This document shows, piece after piece, positions 41,669 through 50,833 of a stretch of DNA of 64,000 nucleotides. Location: the NCBI GenBank assembly GCA_963816185.1, contig CAWFJJ010000001.1:288001-352000 (forward strand), read 5' to 3'. The stretch's first letter is position 1, and each line of letters begins with the position of its first letter. A model generated the notes under the pieces. The model was given only the letters and a program-made list of their open reading frames with translations. It searched no databases and was not told the DNA's origin. The position numbers and the translations under genes were made by a program. The stretch comes from Thermoanaerobaculia bacterium (GTDB taxonomy: Bacteria; Acidobacteriota; Thermoanaerobaculia; UBA5066).

Positions 41669-43366
41669 TCAGACCCCTCGTCGGAGGAGCACGAGCGCCG
41701 CCGCGACGAGCGCCAGGGCCAGGGCTGCCAGCATTCCGTCCGACAGCGCCGGGACGTTGCTGGCGCTGGCGGCGGGGCCTCCGGTTGTCGGGGTGGGCGT
41801 GACCGTGGGTGTCGTCGTCGGCGTCGGCGTGGCGGTCGTCGTGGGTGTGGGCGTCGGCGTGGGTGTCGGCGGGGCACCGATCGGGAACGCGACCGCGAAT
41901 TCGGACGTGTTGTTGGAGGGATCGGTGGCCGTCGCCGAGAAAATGGTCTGCCCGGGAGAGACCGCGAACACGAGCGGCCCGAAGCTCGCATTGCAGGTGG
42001 CGTCTGTCGTCACGTTGGCAAAGCCGATGAAGGTCTGGCCTTCGCCGTTTCCGCTCGGATCGGCGGCCGCGTTCGAGAAGAACTCGATTCTGTAAGTCGT
42101 GCTGGCGGTGCTGTTGAGGGTGCCGGAGATCGTGACGTTTCCGGCCGCGATCGGCGCCGCCGTGATGACCGGGTAGTTCTGACCGAGATTGCCCGGGACG
42201 GTGTCGACGTCACAGGCATCGTTGGCCAAAGGAGTAATCGAAAGACCCAGGAGGCTGATCCCGAGCTGGCTATTGGAGTAGATGGAATTGCCGAGGATGC
42301 TGTTCCCGGAGAAGTTGGCCGCAACAGTCACCCCCCATCCGGTATTGAAGGCGACCGCATTCCCTTGCCCAGCGCTCGTCCCGCCCACCACGAACCCGTT
42401 CGCTCTGAGATGGATTCCGCCGAAGCCGGAGTTCGGCAGGGGGCTCACGCCGTCACGCTGCGTCCCGATGAGATTGCCCTGGATCACGCCTCCGCCGACT
42501 CCGATCTGATTCGTGTCGATGCCGCCCACGATGTTTCCCGAGATCAGGTTTCCGGAAATCACCGTGTTCGTGGCGGCCAGAACGAGGATTCCTCCCCGGC
42601 TCCCCGTGCCGTTCAGCGCCGCCGTGCCCGTGACGTCGGTGCCGATGTAGTTGCCCTGGATCGTGGTGCCGTCGCCGCTCTCGACGGTGATTCCGCCCTG
42701 GAGGTCGCCGGAAAGCAGGTTCCTGTCGGCGACCGCCGCGCCGCCGAAGACGTTGTTGTTGCCGGACTGCTGCCGGATGGCGAGGCCGCCGGACGCTCCC
42801 GGCAGGGCTGCCGTCCCGGCCGGGTTGGTCCCGAGAAAATCGCCCGCGATGGTGACGTTGTTCGCGTTCACCGTGATCTCATTGCCGCTGCCGCGATTGA
42901 GCACGAGCCCCCGGATGGTCGTCCCCGCGGCGTTGATGGTGAGGCCGCCGGACGAGGTCTGGTTCAGTTCGATGAGCAGGACGGCGTTGATGCCGGCGCC
43001 GAGCGCGCTCGTGTTCGCGCTCGACACCCCTTGCGTATAGCCGTTGATGAAGACCGCCTCGGTGATCGTCGGCAGAAGGGAGGCCGGAGCGATGGTCTGC
43101 ACGCCGGCGCCCGGGATGCCGAACGCGATCGTGTCCAGTCCCGCGGCGCCGGCCACGCACTCGCCCGCGGCGGCTCCCGACGCCGTGTTCGTGTTCGCCG
43201 CGATGATCGCCTCGCGCAGCGTACACACGCCGTCGTTGGCGGCCGCGTCGGACGTGCTGTTGACCGTGATCGTGGCCGCGCCGGCCGGGAACGCCGCAAG
43301 GAAGGTCGCGGCGCCTGCGATCGCGGAAAGCCATCGAGAGTTGATCCGCATGCACTGAAGTGCCAT
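41669..43366 (-). CDS. CSLREA-domain beta-helix surface protein with PT linker and IPTL-CTERM-like sorting signal
   Basis: ITVNSTSD..GVCTLREAI; GNxIGT repeats; NTSEF; (PT)n linker; VPALSDGMLAALALALVAAALVLLRR; GAGGAGG SD. Confidence 0.85.
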   Translation of the reverse strand: MALQCMRINSRWLSAIAGAATFLAAFPAGAATITVNSTSDAAANDGVCTLREAIIAANTNTASGAAAGECVAGAAGLDTIAFGIPGAGVQTIAPASLLPTITEAVFINGYTQGVSSANTSALGAGINAVLLIELNQTSSGGLTINAAGTTIRGLVLNRGSGNEITVNANNVTIAGDFLGTNPAGTAALPGASGGLAIRQQSGNNNVFGGAAVADRNLLSGDLQGGITVESGDGTTIQGNYIGTDVTGTAALNGTGSRGGILVLAATNTVISGNLISGNIVGGIDTNQIGVGGGVIQGNLIGTQRDGVSPLPNSGFGGIHLRANGFVVGGTSAGQGNAVAFNTGWGVTVAANFSGNSILGNSIYSNSQLGISLLGLSITPLANDACDVDTVPGNLGQNYPVITAAPIAAGNVTISGTLNSTASTTYRIEFFSNAAADPSGNGEGQTFIGFANVTTDATCNASFGPLVFAVSPGQTIFSATATDPSNNTSEFAVAFPIGAPPTPTPTPTPTTTATPTPTTTPTVTPTPTTGGPAASASNVPALSDGMLAALALALVAAALVLLRRGV

Positions 43367-43482
43367 TTGTCCTCCTCGAACGCGAGGACGTGAATCTATG
43401 AGGTTGTGCGCAATTTCTGCATAGCATGGGGATGCGGTGCCGCCCGGACGGTCCGGGAGGGCCGCCGCGTGGGACCGGCGCG

Positions 43483-44175
43483 TCACTCGATGAGGCGACG
43501 CCGCAGTCCCTTGCTCACGGCCTCCGATCGCGAGTGTACGTGCAGCTTCTCATAGACCGCGCGGACGTGATCGCGGACGGTGTTGATCGTGACTCCGAGC
43601 CGGCCGCTCGCGGACTGGTAGCTGTGGCCGTCGGCGAGGAGGTGCAGGAGGCGGATCTCCTGGGCGGTGAGGAGAGGCTTGGGCCGCGCCGCGCCGGGAG
43701 AGAGTCGGAAGCGTCGCACGATGTGACCCGCGATCTCCGGCGAGAGGGGAGTGCCGCCGAGCCTCGCCTGCCGCACGGCCTCGACGAGCTGCGCCGGAGG
43801 CGTCTTCTTCAGGAGATAGCCGCTCGCCCCGTTGCAGATCGACTCGAAGACCCGCTCCTCGTCCTCGTACACCGTGAGCATGAGAACGCGCATCTCGGGG
43901 AACTGCTCCGTCAGGACGCGCACGCCCTCGACGCCCGACATCCCCGGCAGGTGGATATCGAGAAGCAAGACGTCACACGGGGCCGCACCCAGCCCGGCGG
44001 CAGCCCGCTCGACCGACGCGTAGAGGCCGACGCACGTCAGCTCTGCCGAGGAGTCGAGAAGGGCTCCCAGCCCCTCGCGCGTGAGCCGTTTGTCCTCGAC
44101 GAGAGCCACCCGGATGCGATCGCGACCGTTCATCGTGCCGTCCGGCGGATCCTCCGCCACCGGGCTCTCTGCCAC
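43483..44175 (-). CDS. NarL/LuxR response regulator
   Basis: VED, LLDIHLPG, GASGYLLK; HTH TVRDHVRAVYEKLHVHSR. Confidence 0.92.
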   Translation of the reverse strand: MAESPVAEDPPDGTMNGRDRIRVALVEDKRLTREGLGALLDSSAELTCVGLYASVERAAAGLGAAPCDVLLLDIHLPGMSGVEGVRVLTEQFPEMRVLMLTVYEDEERVFESICNGASGYLLKKTPPAQLVEAVRQARLGGTPLSPEIAGHIVRRFRLSPGAARPKPLLTAQEIRLLHLLADGHSYQSASGRLGVTINTVRDHVRAVYEKLHVHSRSEAVSKGLRRRLIE

Positions 44176-44182
44176 AACCGCA

Positions 44183-47100
44183 TCACGATGCGGCGCGAAC
44201 GGGCGCGCGGAGGGGAACGACGAGAGTGATGCGCGTGCCGCCCGCCGGCCGCGAGTCCACGCGGAGGTCCGCGCCGAGAGCGGTGGCGCGCGCGCGCATG
44301 CTCGCGAGCCCGTGGCCGGAGCCCGACGCCTCGGCCCCGATGTCGAAGCCCTTCCCGTCGTCCTCGACGTCGATCGAGATCGCGTGGGGGACGAGCAGGA
44401 CCCGCAGGGATGCGCGGGTGCAGCCGGAATGACGCGCGACGTTCGTCACCGCTTCCTTCAGGATGAGGAAGACCTGCCTCCGGCGTTCCGGGTCGATCGC
44501 GAGCCCGCCGAGCTCGTCCGGGACCTCGAGCGTCCACGCGATGCCCCGGCTCTCGAGGGCGTTCGCGGCGAAGTGGCGGATCCGCTGGACGACGCTTCCG
44601 AGGTCGTCCTTCCCCGGATTCGTGGACCAGACGATGTCGCTGAGCGTGTCGACGAGGCGGCGCGCCGAGGAACCGATCTCCCCGAGCAGTCGCGTCCGCT
44701 CGAGGGTGTCCCGGCTCGCCGCGAGCTCGCTCAGGATCGCGATCTCCGAGAGGTCCGCGCCGATGTCGTCGTGCAGATCGGTCGCGACGCGCATCCGCAC
44801 GCGCTCCACGGCGAGGGCGTTGCGGAGCCGGTTGCGATGAACCGCCCACGCGACCGAGGCCGCGGCGACGGCGAGGAGAAGCAGCACGCCCGGCCTCTTC
44901 CAGAGGGGCGGGAGCATCGCGAAGCGCACCTCGGCAGCGCCCGTCCCCACCGTGCCGTCGTTCGCGATCGCGCGCACCTGGAACCGGTACGTGCCACCGG
45001 GCAGCCGCGCGAGGATGACGGAGCGCTGGTCCGAGGGCGCGCTCCAGTCGCGATCGACGCCCTCCAGGCGGTGCTGGTAGCGCAGCTTTCCGCCGGACGC
45101 GAAGTCGATGCCGCCGAAGTCGATTTCGAGCGGCCCGGCCTCACGACCCGCGTCCGGGAGCGACACGAGGGTCTCGCCGAGCGGCGCCAGCGGCTGCCGG
45201 ACGCCGTCCAGCGTGACGCGCGTGATGCGCAGCGTCGGGGGATTCTTTCGTGGCTCGCGGGTGGGATCGAGCCAGGAGAGACCCTCCCCGGAGCCGAACC
45301 AGAGGTTGCCGTTCCGGTCGCGAAGAATGGTCTCCACGATTCCGGGAGCGAGTCCGTCGTCGGCGGTGAAGTGCTGGACGTTTCCGGTCGCAGGATCGAT
45401 CCGGTCGAGCCCGCGCTCGGTTCCGACGTAGATGCGGCCCCACCGGTCTTCGGCGAGAGACGCGGCGTTCTCGCTCGCGAGACCATACGCGAGCCCGAAC
45501 ATCATGAAGCGCGGCGTTTCCTCGGCAGGCCGGTCGATGCGGGCGACGCCGCCCCGGCTCGTCGCGATCCACAGTCGCCCGGCTGCGTCCAGGTGAAGCG
45601 CCCGTACCGAACCTCGAGGGAGACCTTCTCTCTCCGTGAAGAGCGTGGTCCGCCCGTCGCGATATCGCGCGAGGCCGCCTCGCTGGAAGCCGATCCAGAC
45701 CGCCCCGCTTCCGTCTTCCGCGAACGAAATCGGCGGCTCCCGTGGAACACCATCCGCCGCGGAGAAGACCCGGAAGGAACCCGTGCGCCGATCCCATCGC
45801 GCGAGCCAGCCTTCCGTCTCCAGGAGAGAGATCCAGAGGTCTCCCCGGCTGTCCTCGTAGAGACGGAAGATCTGATTCGAGGGAAGACCGTCGGCCTTGG
45901 TGTACACGCGGCGCGGCGGTGTCGAGCCCAGGCGATCGAAGGGGACCGACGGGAACCGAAACAGGCCGGCGAAGGTCGGCACCCACCACTCTCCGGCCCG
46001 GTCCCTGAGGGTCACCTGCTGCGAGCCCCATCCGTAGGGCGTGCCTTTCGGAAGGCGCGGGTGTCCGGCATGGAACCGCCTGCCGTCATAGCACGCGAGA
46101 AAGCCATCTTCGCCGGTGATCTCTTCGGGGCGTTGTCCTCTGGTGAACGCGCAGGGCTCGCCGCTCGGGCCCTCGAGAAGGGAGGCCACCCGGTCGCTCG
46201 TGAGTCCGTCCCGACGCTCATAGCGGCGGAATCCGTTCCGAGCGAGCCTCATGACGCCGGAGTCGTCGCTTCCGATCCAGAGATTTCCATTCCTGTCCTC
46301 GGCGAGCGACCACATGCCGAGCCCGGAGAGCCCCTCCGCCGTCGAATAACTTCGGAGACCAGACCGATCGGCGGCGATCTCGGTGACCCCACCGTAGCAC
46401 GCCGCCCAGAGCTTTCCGTCGGAAGTCTCGAGAAGGGCCGTCACATGATCGCCGGCGAGCCCGTTCGCACGCGTGAAGACCTGGCGGACCTCTGAACCCC
46501 TCACGTCGAAGAGTCCCGAGAGGTGCGTTCCGGCCCAGAGAAAGCCGGCGCGGTCCTGAGCCAGACAGCGGACCTCCACGAGAGGCGGACCCCGCCCGAT
46601 CACGCGATGGACGACGCCTGTCGGCGACCGCTGGAACAAGCCCGCGTCGGCCCCGATCCAGAGATTGCCCGCACGATCTTCGACGAGGGCGTTGATCGAC
46701 TCCGTTCCCGCTGGCGCGTCTTTTCCCACAGGGACGCACACCGCCTTCCACCCTTTTCCGGCCGGTTCGAGGCGAAACAGCCCGCTCGCGGTGCCGGCCC
46801 AGAGGACGCCCGCGCGGTCCTCGACCAGGGCCTGCACGTCGTCGGCGAGCCCGTCGTTTCGAAGGTCGACCCTCAGGAAGGCTGCGCGCGACCGTGTCAC
46901 CTCGCGCGCCGCATCCCAACGCACGAGACCTCCGACCGTACCGATCCAGTACGCCCCGTCGCGCGTCTCGAGCATCGCCTGGACGCTCGCGGCCGGCAGA
47001 CCCTCCGCGACCGAGTAGTTCGTGAAGCCGTAGCCGTCGAAGAGCGAGATGCCGTCCTCGGTGCCGAGCCAGAGGAATCCGCGCGAGTCGGGGAGGATGC

Positions 47101-47242
47101 AGTGGATCCGGTCGCTCGCGAGCCCGTCGGCGGTGGTGTAGGTCTTGAGAGGGAGCTGCTCCCCGGAAGCCGCGAGAGCTGGCAGGACGAGCAGCAGAAG
47201 GAGGGAGCATCGGTGTAAGGAGCACGCATTGCGCCCGATCAT
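44183..47242 (-). CDS. Sensor histidine kinase (Reg_prop propellers, Y_Y_Y, HisKA_3)
   Basis: Repeated EDxxGxLWxGT; YQHRLEG; ATDLHDDIG, EAVTNVARHS, DDGKGF, GHGLASM. Confidence 0.92.
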   Translation of the reverse strand: MIGRNACSLHRCSLLLLLVLPALAASGEQLPLKTYTTADGLASDRIHCILPDSRGFLWLGTEDGISLFDGYGFTNYSVAEGLPAASVQAMLETRDGAYWIGTVGGLVRWDAAREVTRSRAAFLRVDLRNDGLADDVQALVEDRAGVLWAGTASGLFRLEPAGKGWKAVCVPVGKDAPAGTESINALVEDRAGNLWIGADAGLFQRSPTGVVHRVIGRGPPLVEVRCLAQDRAGFLWAGTHLSGLFDVRGSEVRQVFTRANGLAGDHVTALLETSDGKLWAACYGGVTEIAADRSGLRSYSTAEGLSGLGMWSLAEDRNGNLWIGSDDSGVMRLARNGFRRYERRDGLTSDRVASLLEGPSGEPCAFTRGQRPEEITGEDGFLACYDGRRFHAGHPRLPKGTPYGWGSQQVTLRDRAGEWWVPTFAGLFRFPSVPFDRLGSTPPRRVYTKADGLPSNQIFRLYEDSRGDLWISLLETEGWLARWDRRTGSFRVFSAADGVPREPPISFAEDGSGAVWIGFQRGGLARYRDGRTTLFTEREGLPRGSVRALHLDAAGRLWIATSRGGVARIDRPAEETPRFMMFGLAYGLASENAASLAEDRWGRIYVGTERGLDRIDPATGNVQHFTADDGLAPGIVETILRDRNGNLWFGSGEGLSWLDPTREPRKNPPTLRITRVTLDGVRQPLAPLGETLVSLPDAGREAGPLEIDFGGIDFASGGKLRYQHRLEGVDRDWSAPSDQRSVILARLPGGTYRFQVRAIANDGTVGTGAAEVRFAMLPPLWKRPGVLLLLAVAAASVAWAVHRNRLRNALAVERVRMRVATDLHDDIGADLSEIAILSELAASRDTLERTRLLGEIGSSARRLVDTLSDIVWSTNPGKDDLGSVVQRIRHFAANALESRGIAWTLEVPDELGGLAIDPERRRQVFLILKEAVTNVARHSGCTRASLRVLLVPHAISIDVEDDGKGFDIGAEASGSGHGLASMRARATALGADLRVDSRPAGGTRITLVVPLRAPVRAAS

Positions 47243-47264
47243 TCCGATCAGTCCGTCGAGAGCT

Positions 47265-49094
47265 CTACGGTCCCGCCGGGGCCGCCGGCTTCTCGATCCC
47301 GTCCCCCCTCTTCGCGAGGCCGGGAATCGTGATGGGGAGCTTGCCGCCGATCGCCGACTCGCCGAACAGCGCCTGGGCGGCGGCCACCTGCGCGACGTCC
47401 TGGCCGCCCCACGCGCAGAGGTACGTCTTGAGGTCGGGGAAATCCCGAAGGAGATAGGGGCTTCCGAAGGAGACGACGACGACGGGCTTGCCGAGCGCGA
47501 GAAGCTGCGGGATCGCGGCTCTCCCCGCTTCCGGCACGGCGATCTTCCCGAGCCCCGAATGCGTCCTGACGAAAAGCGAGACGAGGACGGCGTCCGCGTC
47601 CTTCGCGGCCTCGACGGCGCCCTTCGTCTCGTCCGGCGTCGAGCGCGGATCCAGCGTCAGCGTCTTCACGGACGGGGCGCGCGCTTTGATCTCCAGGCCG
47701 AGCGGGCCCGCCGGGCCGTTCTTCGTCGCCTCGTCCGCGACGACGAGCGAGAGCAGCTTCGCGCCTCTTCGGAGCGGCAGCGCGTCCGGCTCCTCGCGGA
47801 CGAGCGTGAGGGAGCGTCTCGCGACCTCGGTATCGAACGCCTGAACGGGCTGGGTGTCGACGATCTTCGAGAGGCCGCCGACGAAGGGGATGTTCTTATC
47901 GAAGAGCTTCAGCTTCTTCTTGCAGTCGAGAATCCGCGTCACGGACTCGTCGAGGCGTTTCTCGGTGATCCGGCCCGACTTCACCGCCTCGCGCACGGCG
48001 GCGATCGCGGCGTCCGTGTCGCTCGAGAGCAGGATCTGGTCGGCCCCCGCGAGGATCGCGCGCACGGCCGCTTCGCCGGCCGTGAAGTGGGACGTGATAC
48101 CGCCCATCCGGATCGCGTCCGTCACGACGAGCCCCGTGAAGCCGAGCTCCTTGCGGAGGATTCCCGTGACGACGGGCTCGGACAGCGACGCCGGCATCGT
48201 GCCGTGCGTCTCGACCTCCACGTTCTCGCCGATCGCGTCCACCGGCCTCGGCGGATTCGGGAGGGCCGGCGCGGGCGTGTCGTCGAGCGCGGGGATCGAG
48301 ACGTGCGCGACCATGACGGACTCGGCACCCGCCTTGATGCCGGCGCGGAACGGGACGAGCTCGACGGACTCGAGGCGCGGGCGGTCTGCGCCGACGATCG
48401 GGAGCGAGCGGTGCGAGTCCGTGGCGGTGTCCCCGTGGCCGGGGAAGTGCTTGAGCGTCGCAAGGACGCCGCCTTTCTCCAGGCCCTTCACGGTCGCCTC
48501 GACGTACCGCGAGACGTCGGCGGGGTCCTCGCCGAAGCTCCTGACGTTGATGACAGGATTGTCGGGATTCACGTTGACGTCGGCGACGGGAGCGAAGACC
48601 TGCGTGACGCCGATCGCGCGCGCCTCGCGGGCCGTGGCAAGGGCGGCGCGCTCGGCGAGCGCCGGATCGCCCGCCGCGGCGAAAGCCATCGCCCACGGGC
48701 CGTACGTGACGTCCTCGAAACGCATCCCGAGGCCGGCCTCGAGGTCGGCCGATACGAGGAGCGGAACCCTCGCGAGCTCCTGAAGCTTTCCGACGAGAAC
48801 GGCGGCCCCGTATACGTTCGAGCGGAACAGGATGACGCCGCCGACGCGATTGTCCACGACGTGGTGGCGCAGAGTCTGAAACTCCTTCGAGTCCTCGCTC
48901 ATGTAGATGCCGCTCGCGGGCACGACGAAGAGCTGGCCGATCTTCTCGTCGAGCGGCAGCGAGAGCGCCCGCGGGGCGTCCGGTGTGAGCTGTCCGAAGT
49001 CGACCGTGACGGGCGGGAAGGGGTTCCCGCCCGCACACGATACGAGAACCAGCGCCGTGGCGAGAATCGAGAGCAGCCGGACCGCCTTGAGCAT
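47265..49094 (-). CDS. nagZ: GH3 beta-N-acetylglucosaminidase lipoprotein
   Basis: Lipobox LVSC; KHFPGHGDTATDSH NagZ motif; VVTD; GH3 C-terminal domain. Confidence 0.88.
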   Translation of the reverse strand: MLKAVRLLSILATALVLVSCAGGNPFPPVTVDFGQLTPDAPRALSLPLDEKIGQLFVVPASGIYMSEDSKEFQTLRHHVVDNRVGGVILFRSNVYGAAVLVGKLQELARVPLLVSADLEAGLGMRFEDVTYGPWAMAFAAAGDPALAERAALATAREARAIGVTQVFAPVADVNVNPDNPVINVRSFGEDPADVSRYVEATVKGLEKGGVLATLKHFPGHGDTATDSHRSLPIVGADRPRLESVELVPFRAGIKAGAESVMVAHVSIPALDDTPAPALPNPPRPVDAIGENVEVETHGTMPASLSEPVVTGILRKELGFTGLVVTDAIRMGGITSHFTAGEAAVRAILAGADQILLSSDTDAAIAAVREAVKSGRITEKRLDESVTRILDCKKKLKLFDKNIPFVGGLSKIVDTQPVQAFDTEVARRSLTLVREEPDALPLRRGAKLLSLVVADEATKNGPAGPLGLEIKARAPSVKTLTLDPRSTPDETKGAVEAAKDADAVLVSLFVRTHSGLGKIAVPEAGRAAIPQLLALGKPVVVVSFGSPYLLRDFPDLKTYLCAWGGQDVAQVAAAQALFGESAIGGKLPITIPGLAKRGDGIEKPAAPAGP

Positions 49095-49099
49095 GAGCG

Positions 49100-50410
49100 T
49101 CACCTCTCGGAAGGACGAATCTCGTCCCGGAACAGATCGTCGAACGTCCCCCGGCGCCGGATGAGGGTGGCCGTGTCGCCGTCCACGAGCACCTCCGCCG
49201 GAAGCGGACGTGCGTTGTACGTCGACGCCATCGAGAATCCGTAGGCGCCGGCGTCGAGAAAGACGACGAAATCGCCGGCCTTCGGGCGCGGGAGCCTTCG
49301 CTCGGCCGCGAGGATGTCTCCCGTCTCGCAGACGTCGCCCGCGACGTCGAGGGTCTCGGGAGCTCCCGTGCTTCCCACGACGCGCGCGCGATGGTGCGCC
49401 GCGTACATTGCGGGGCGCAGGAGCGTGTTCGAGCCCGCGTTCACGTTCACGAAGACCTTGAGCGGCGTTTCTTTCACCGAGTTCACGCGGGTCACGAGGA
49501 AGCCCGCCGGCCCCACGAAGAAGCGTCCGGGCTCCATCCACAGCTCGGGCTCGTACCCGGCGTCCGCGACGAATTCCTTCCAAAGAGGCTCGAGCGCGGA
49601 GGCCAGCGCATGAGGGGTGAGCCCTTTTTCGCCGTCGTGATAGGGCAAGCCGAGCCCGCCGCCGAGATCCACGAAGGACACGCGGATCGAAAGGCCGTCC
49701 TTCAGCTCGCGCACGAAAGAGAGCATCTTGCGGGCCGTCGCGACGTATCCGCCGATCTCGGTGATCTGCGAGCCGATGTGGCAATGCACGCCCGCGATCC
49801 GGACCGAAGGCAGCTCCTTCGCCCGCGCGTACCCGGCCAGGGCGAGGCCGCCTTCGAGGTGGAGGCCGAACTTCGACTCTGCGATGCCGGTGTTGATGTG
49901 GTGGAGGGTGTGGGGGTCGACGCCGGGGTTGATCCGGAACGAGATCCGCGCCTTGCGGCCCGCGGCCGCGGCCTCAGCGGCGACCTGCTCCAGCTCGTCG
50001 CGGGAGTCGACGTTCACGACGGCGCCGATCGCGACGGCCTTCTCGATCTCCTCGGGCCCTTTCGACGAGCTCGTGAAGAGGATCTCGTCGCCTCGGTATC
50101 CGGCTTTCACCGCCGCGAGAATCTCGCCGAGCGAGACGACCTCGGCGGCGGCACCTTCCGCCCGGAGGAGAGACACGAGCGCTCCGTTCGTGTTCGCCTT
50201 GAGGGCGTAATGGATACGCAGCTTCGAGAAGCGGGGCGCGAAGGCCGCCGTGAACGAACGGAACTGGCCCGTGATCGCCGCCTTGTCGTAGACGTAGAGA
50301 GGGGTCCCGAACTCCGAGGCGAGACGGGCGACGGCGCGGACGGCGGCAGGTTCGAACGCGCGGTCGGCGCGCAGGGCCTGGAGGCCCTCGTGGAGAGTGG
50401 AATCGGGCAT
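49100..50410 (-). CDS. lysA: Diaminopimelate decarboxylase
   Basis: YALKAN PLP lysine, HCHIGSQI, DLGGG, EPGR, CETGD, GAYG, YNARP. Confidence 0.93.
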   Translation of the reverse strand: MPDSTLHEGLQALRADRAFEPAAVRAVARLASEFGTPLYVYDKAAITGQFRSFTAAFAPRFSKLRIHYALKANTNGALVSLLRAEGAAAEVVSLGEILAAVKAGYRGDEILFTSSSKGPEEIEKAVAIGAVVNVDSRDELEQVAAEAAAAGRKARISFRINPGVDPHTLHHINTGIAESKFGLHLEGGLALAGYARAKELPSVRIAGVHCHIGSQITEIGGYVATARKMLSFVRELKDGLSIRVSFVDLGGGLGLPYHDGEKGLTPHALASALEPLWKEFVADAGYEPELWMEPGRFFVGPAGFLVTRVNSVKETPLKVFVNVNAGSNTLLRPAMYAAHHRARVVGSTGAPETLDVAGDVCETGDILAAERRLPRPKAGDFVVFLDAGAYGFSMASTYNARPLPAEVLVDGDTATLIRRRGTFDDLFRDEIRPSER

Positions 50411-50457
50411 CAGCCCGCGATTCTGCCAGCTTCGCGGCTTCGCGGTACGATCAGGCG

Positions 50458-50811
50458 ATGCACGTGGAAGTGCGCAAGACCGGCGACGTCGTGATCGTCG
50501 ACCTCCAGGGCCGCCTCCTCGCGGGAGTCGGCGACGAGATCCTCCGCGACGTCATGAACGAGCTCCTCGCCGAGGGCTGGAGGAAGATCCTGCTCAACCT
50601 CTCCGAGGTGACCGCGATCGACAGCGCGGGGACGGGCGAGCTCGTCGCAAGCCACAAGATCTGCGAGCGATTCGGGGCGAAGCTCAAGCTCCTGAACCTG
50701 CACGAACGGGTGCGCAAGAGCCTGCACCTCGCTCAGCTCCTTCCCGTCTTCGAGGTCTACGACGAGGAGCGCGTTGCCCTCCGACACTACGGAGAGAGGA
50801 AGGCCCCCTGA
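50458..50811 (+). CDS. STAS anti-sigma-factor antagonist
   Basis: ILLNLSEVTAIDSAG motif. Confidence 0.9.
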   Translation: MHVEVRKTGDVVIVDLQGRLLAGVGDEILRDVMNELLAEGWRKILLNLSEVTAIDSAGTGELVASHKICERFGAKLKLLNLHERVRKSLHLAQLLPVFEVYDEERVALRHYGERKAP

Positions 50812-50833
50812 TTCCGGGCCTTTCCGGAGGGCC

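Noticed and set aside
41785-41872. Short tandem repeats resembling an array
   Set aside because: Encodes a Pro-Thr linker; no CRISPR-like repeat-spacer structure here or elsewhere in the window.
50411-50457. Lysine riboswitch upstream of lysA
   Set aside because: Only 47 bp separate lysA from the divergent STAS gene; no room.
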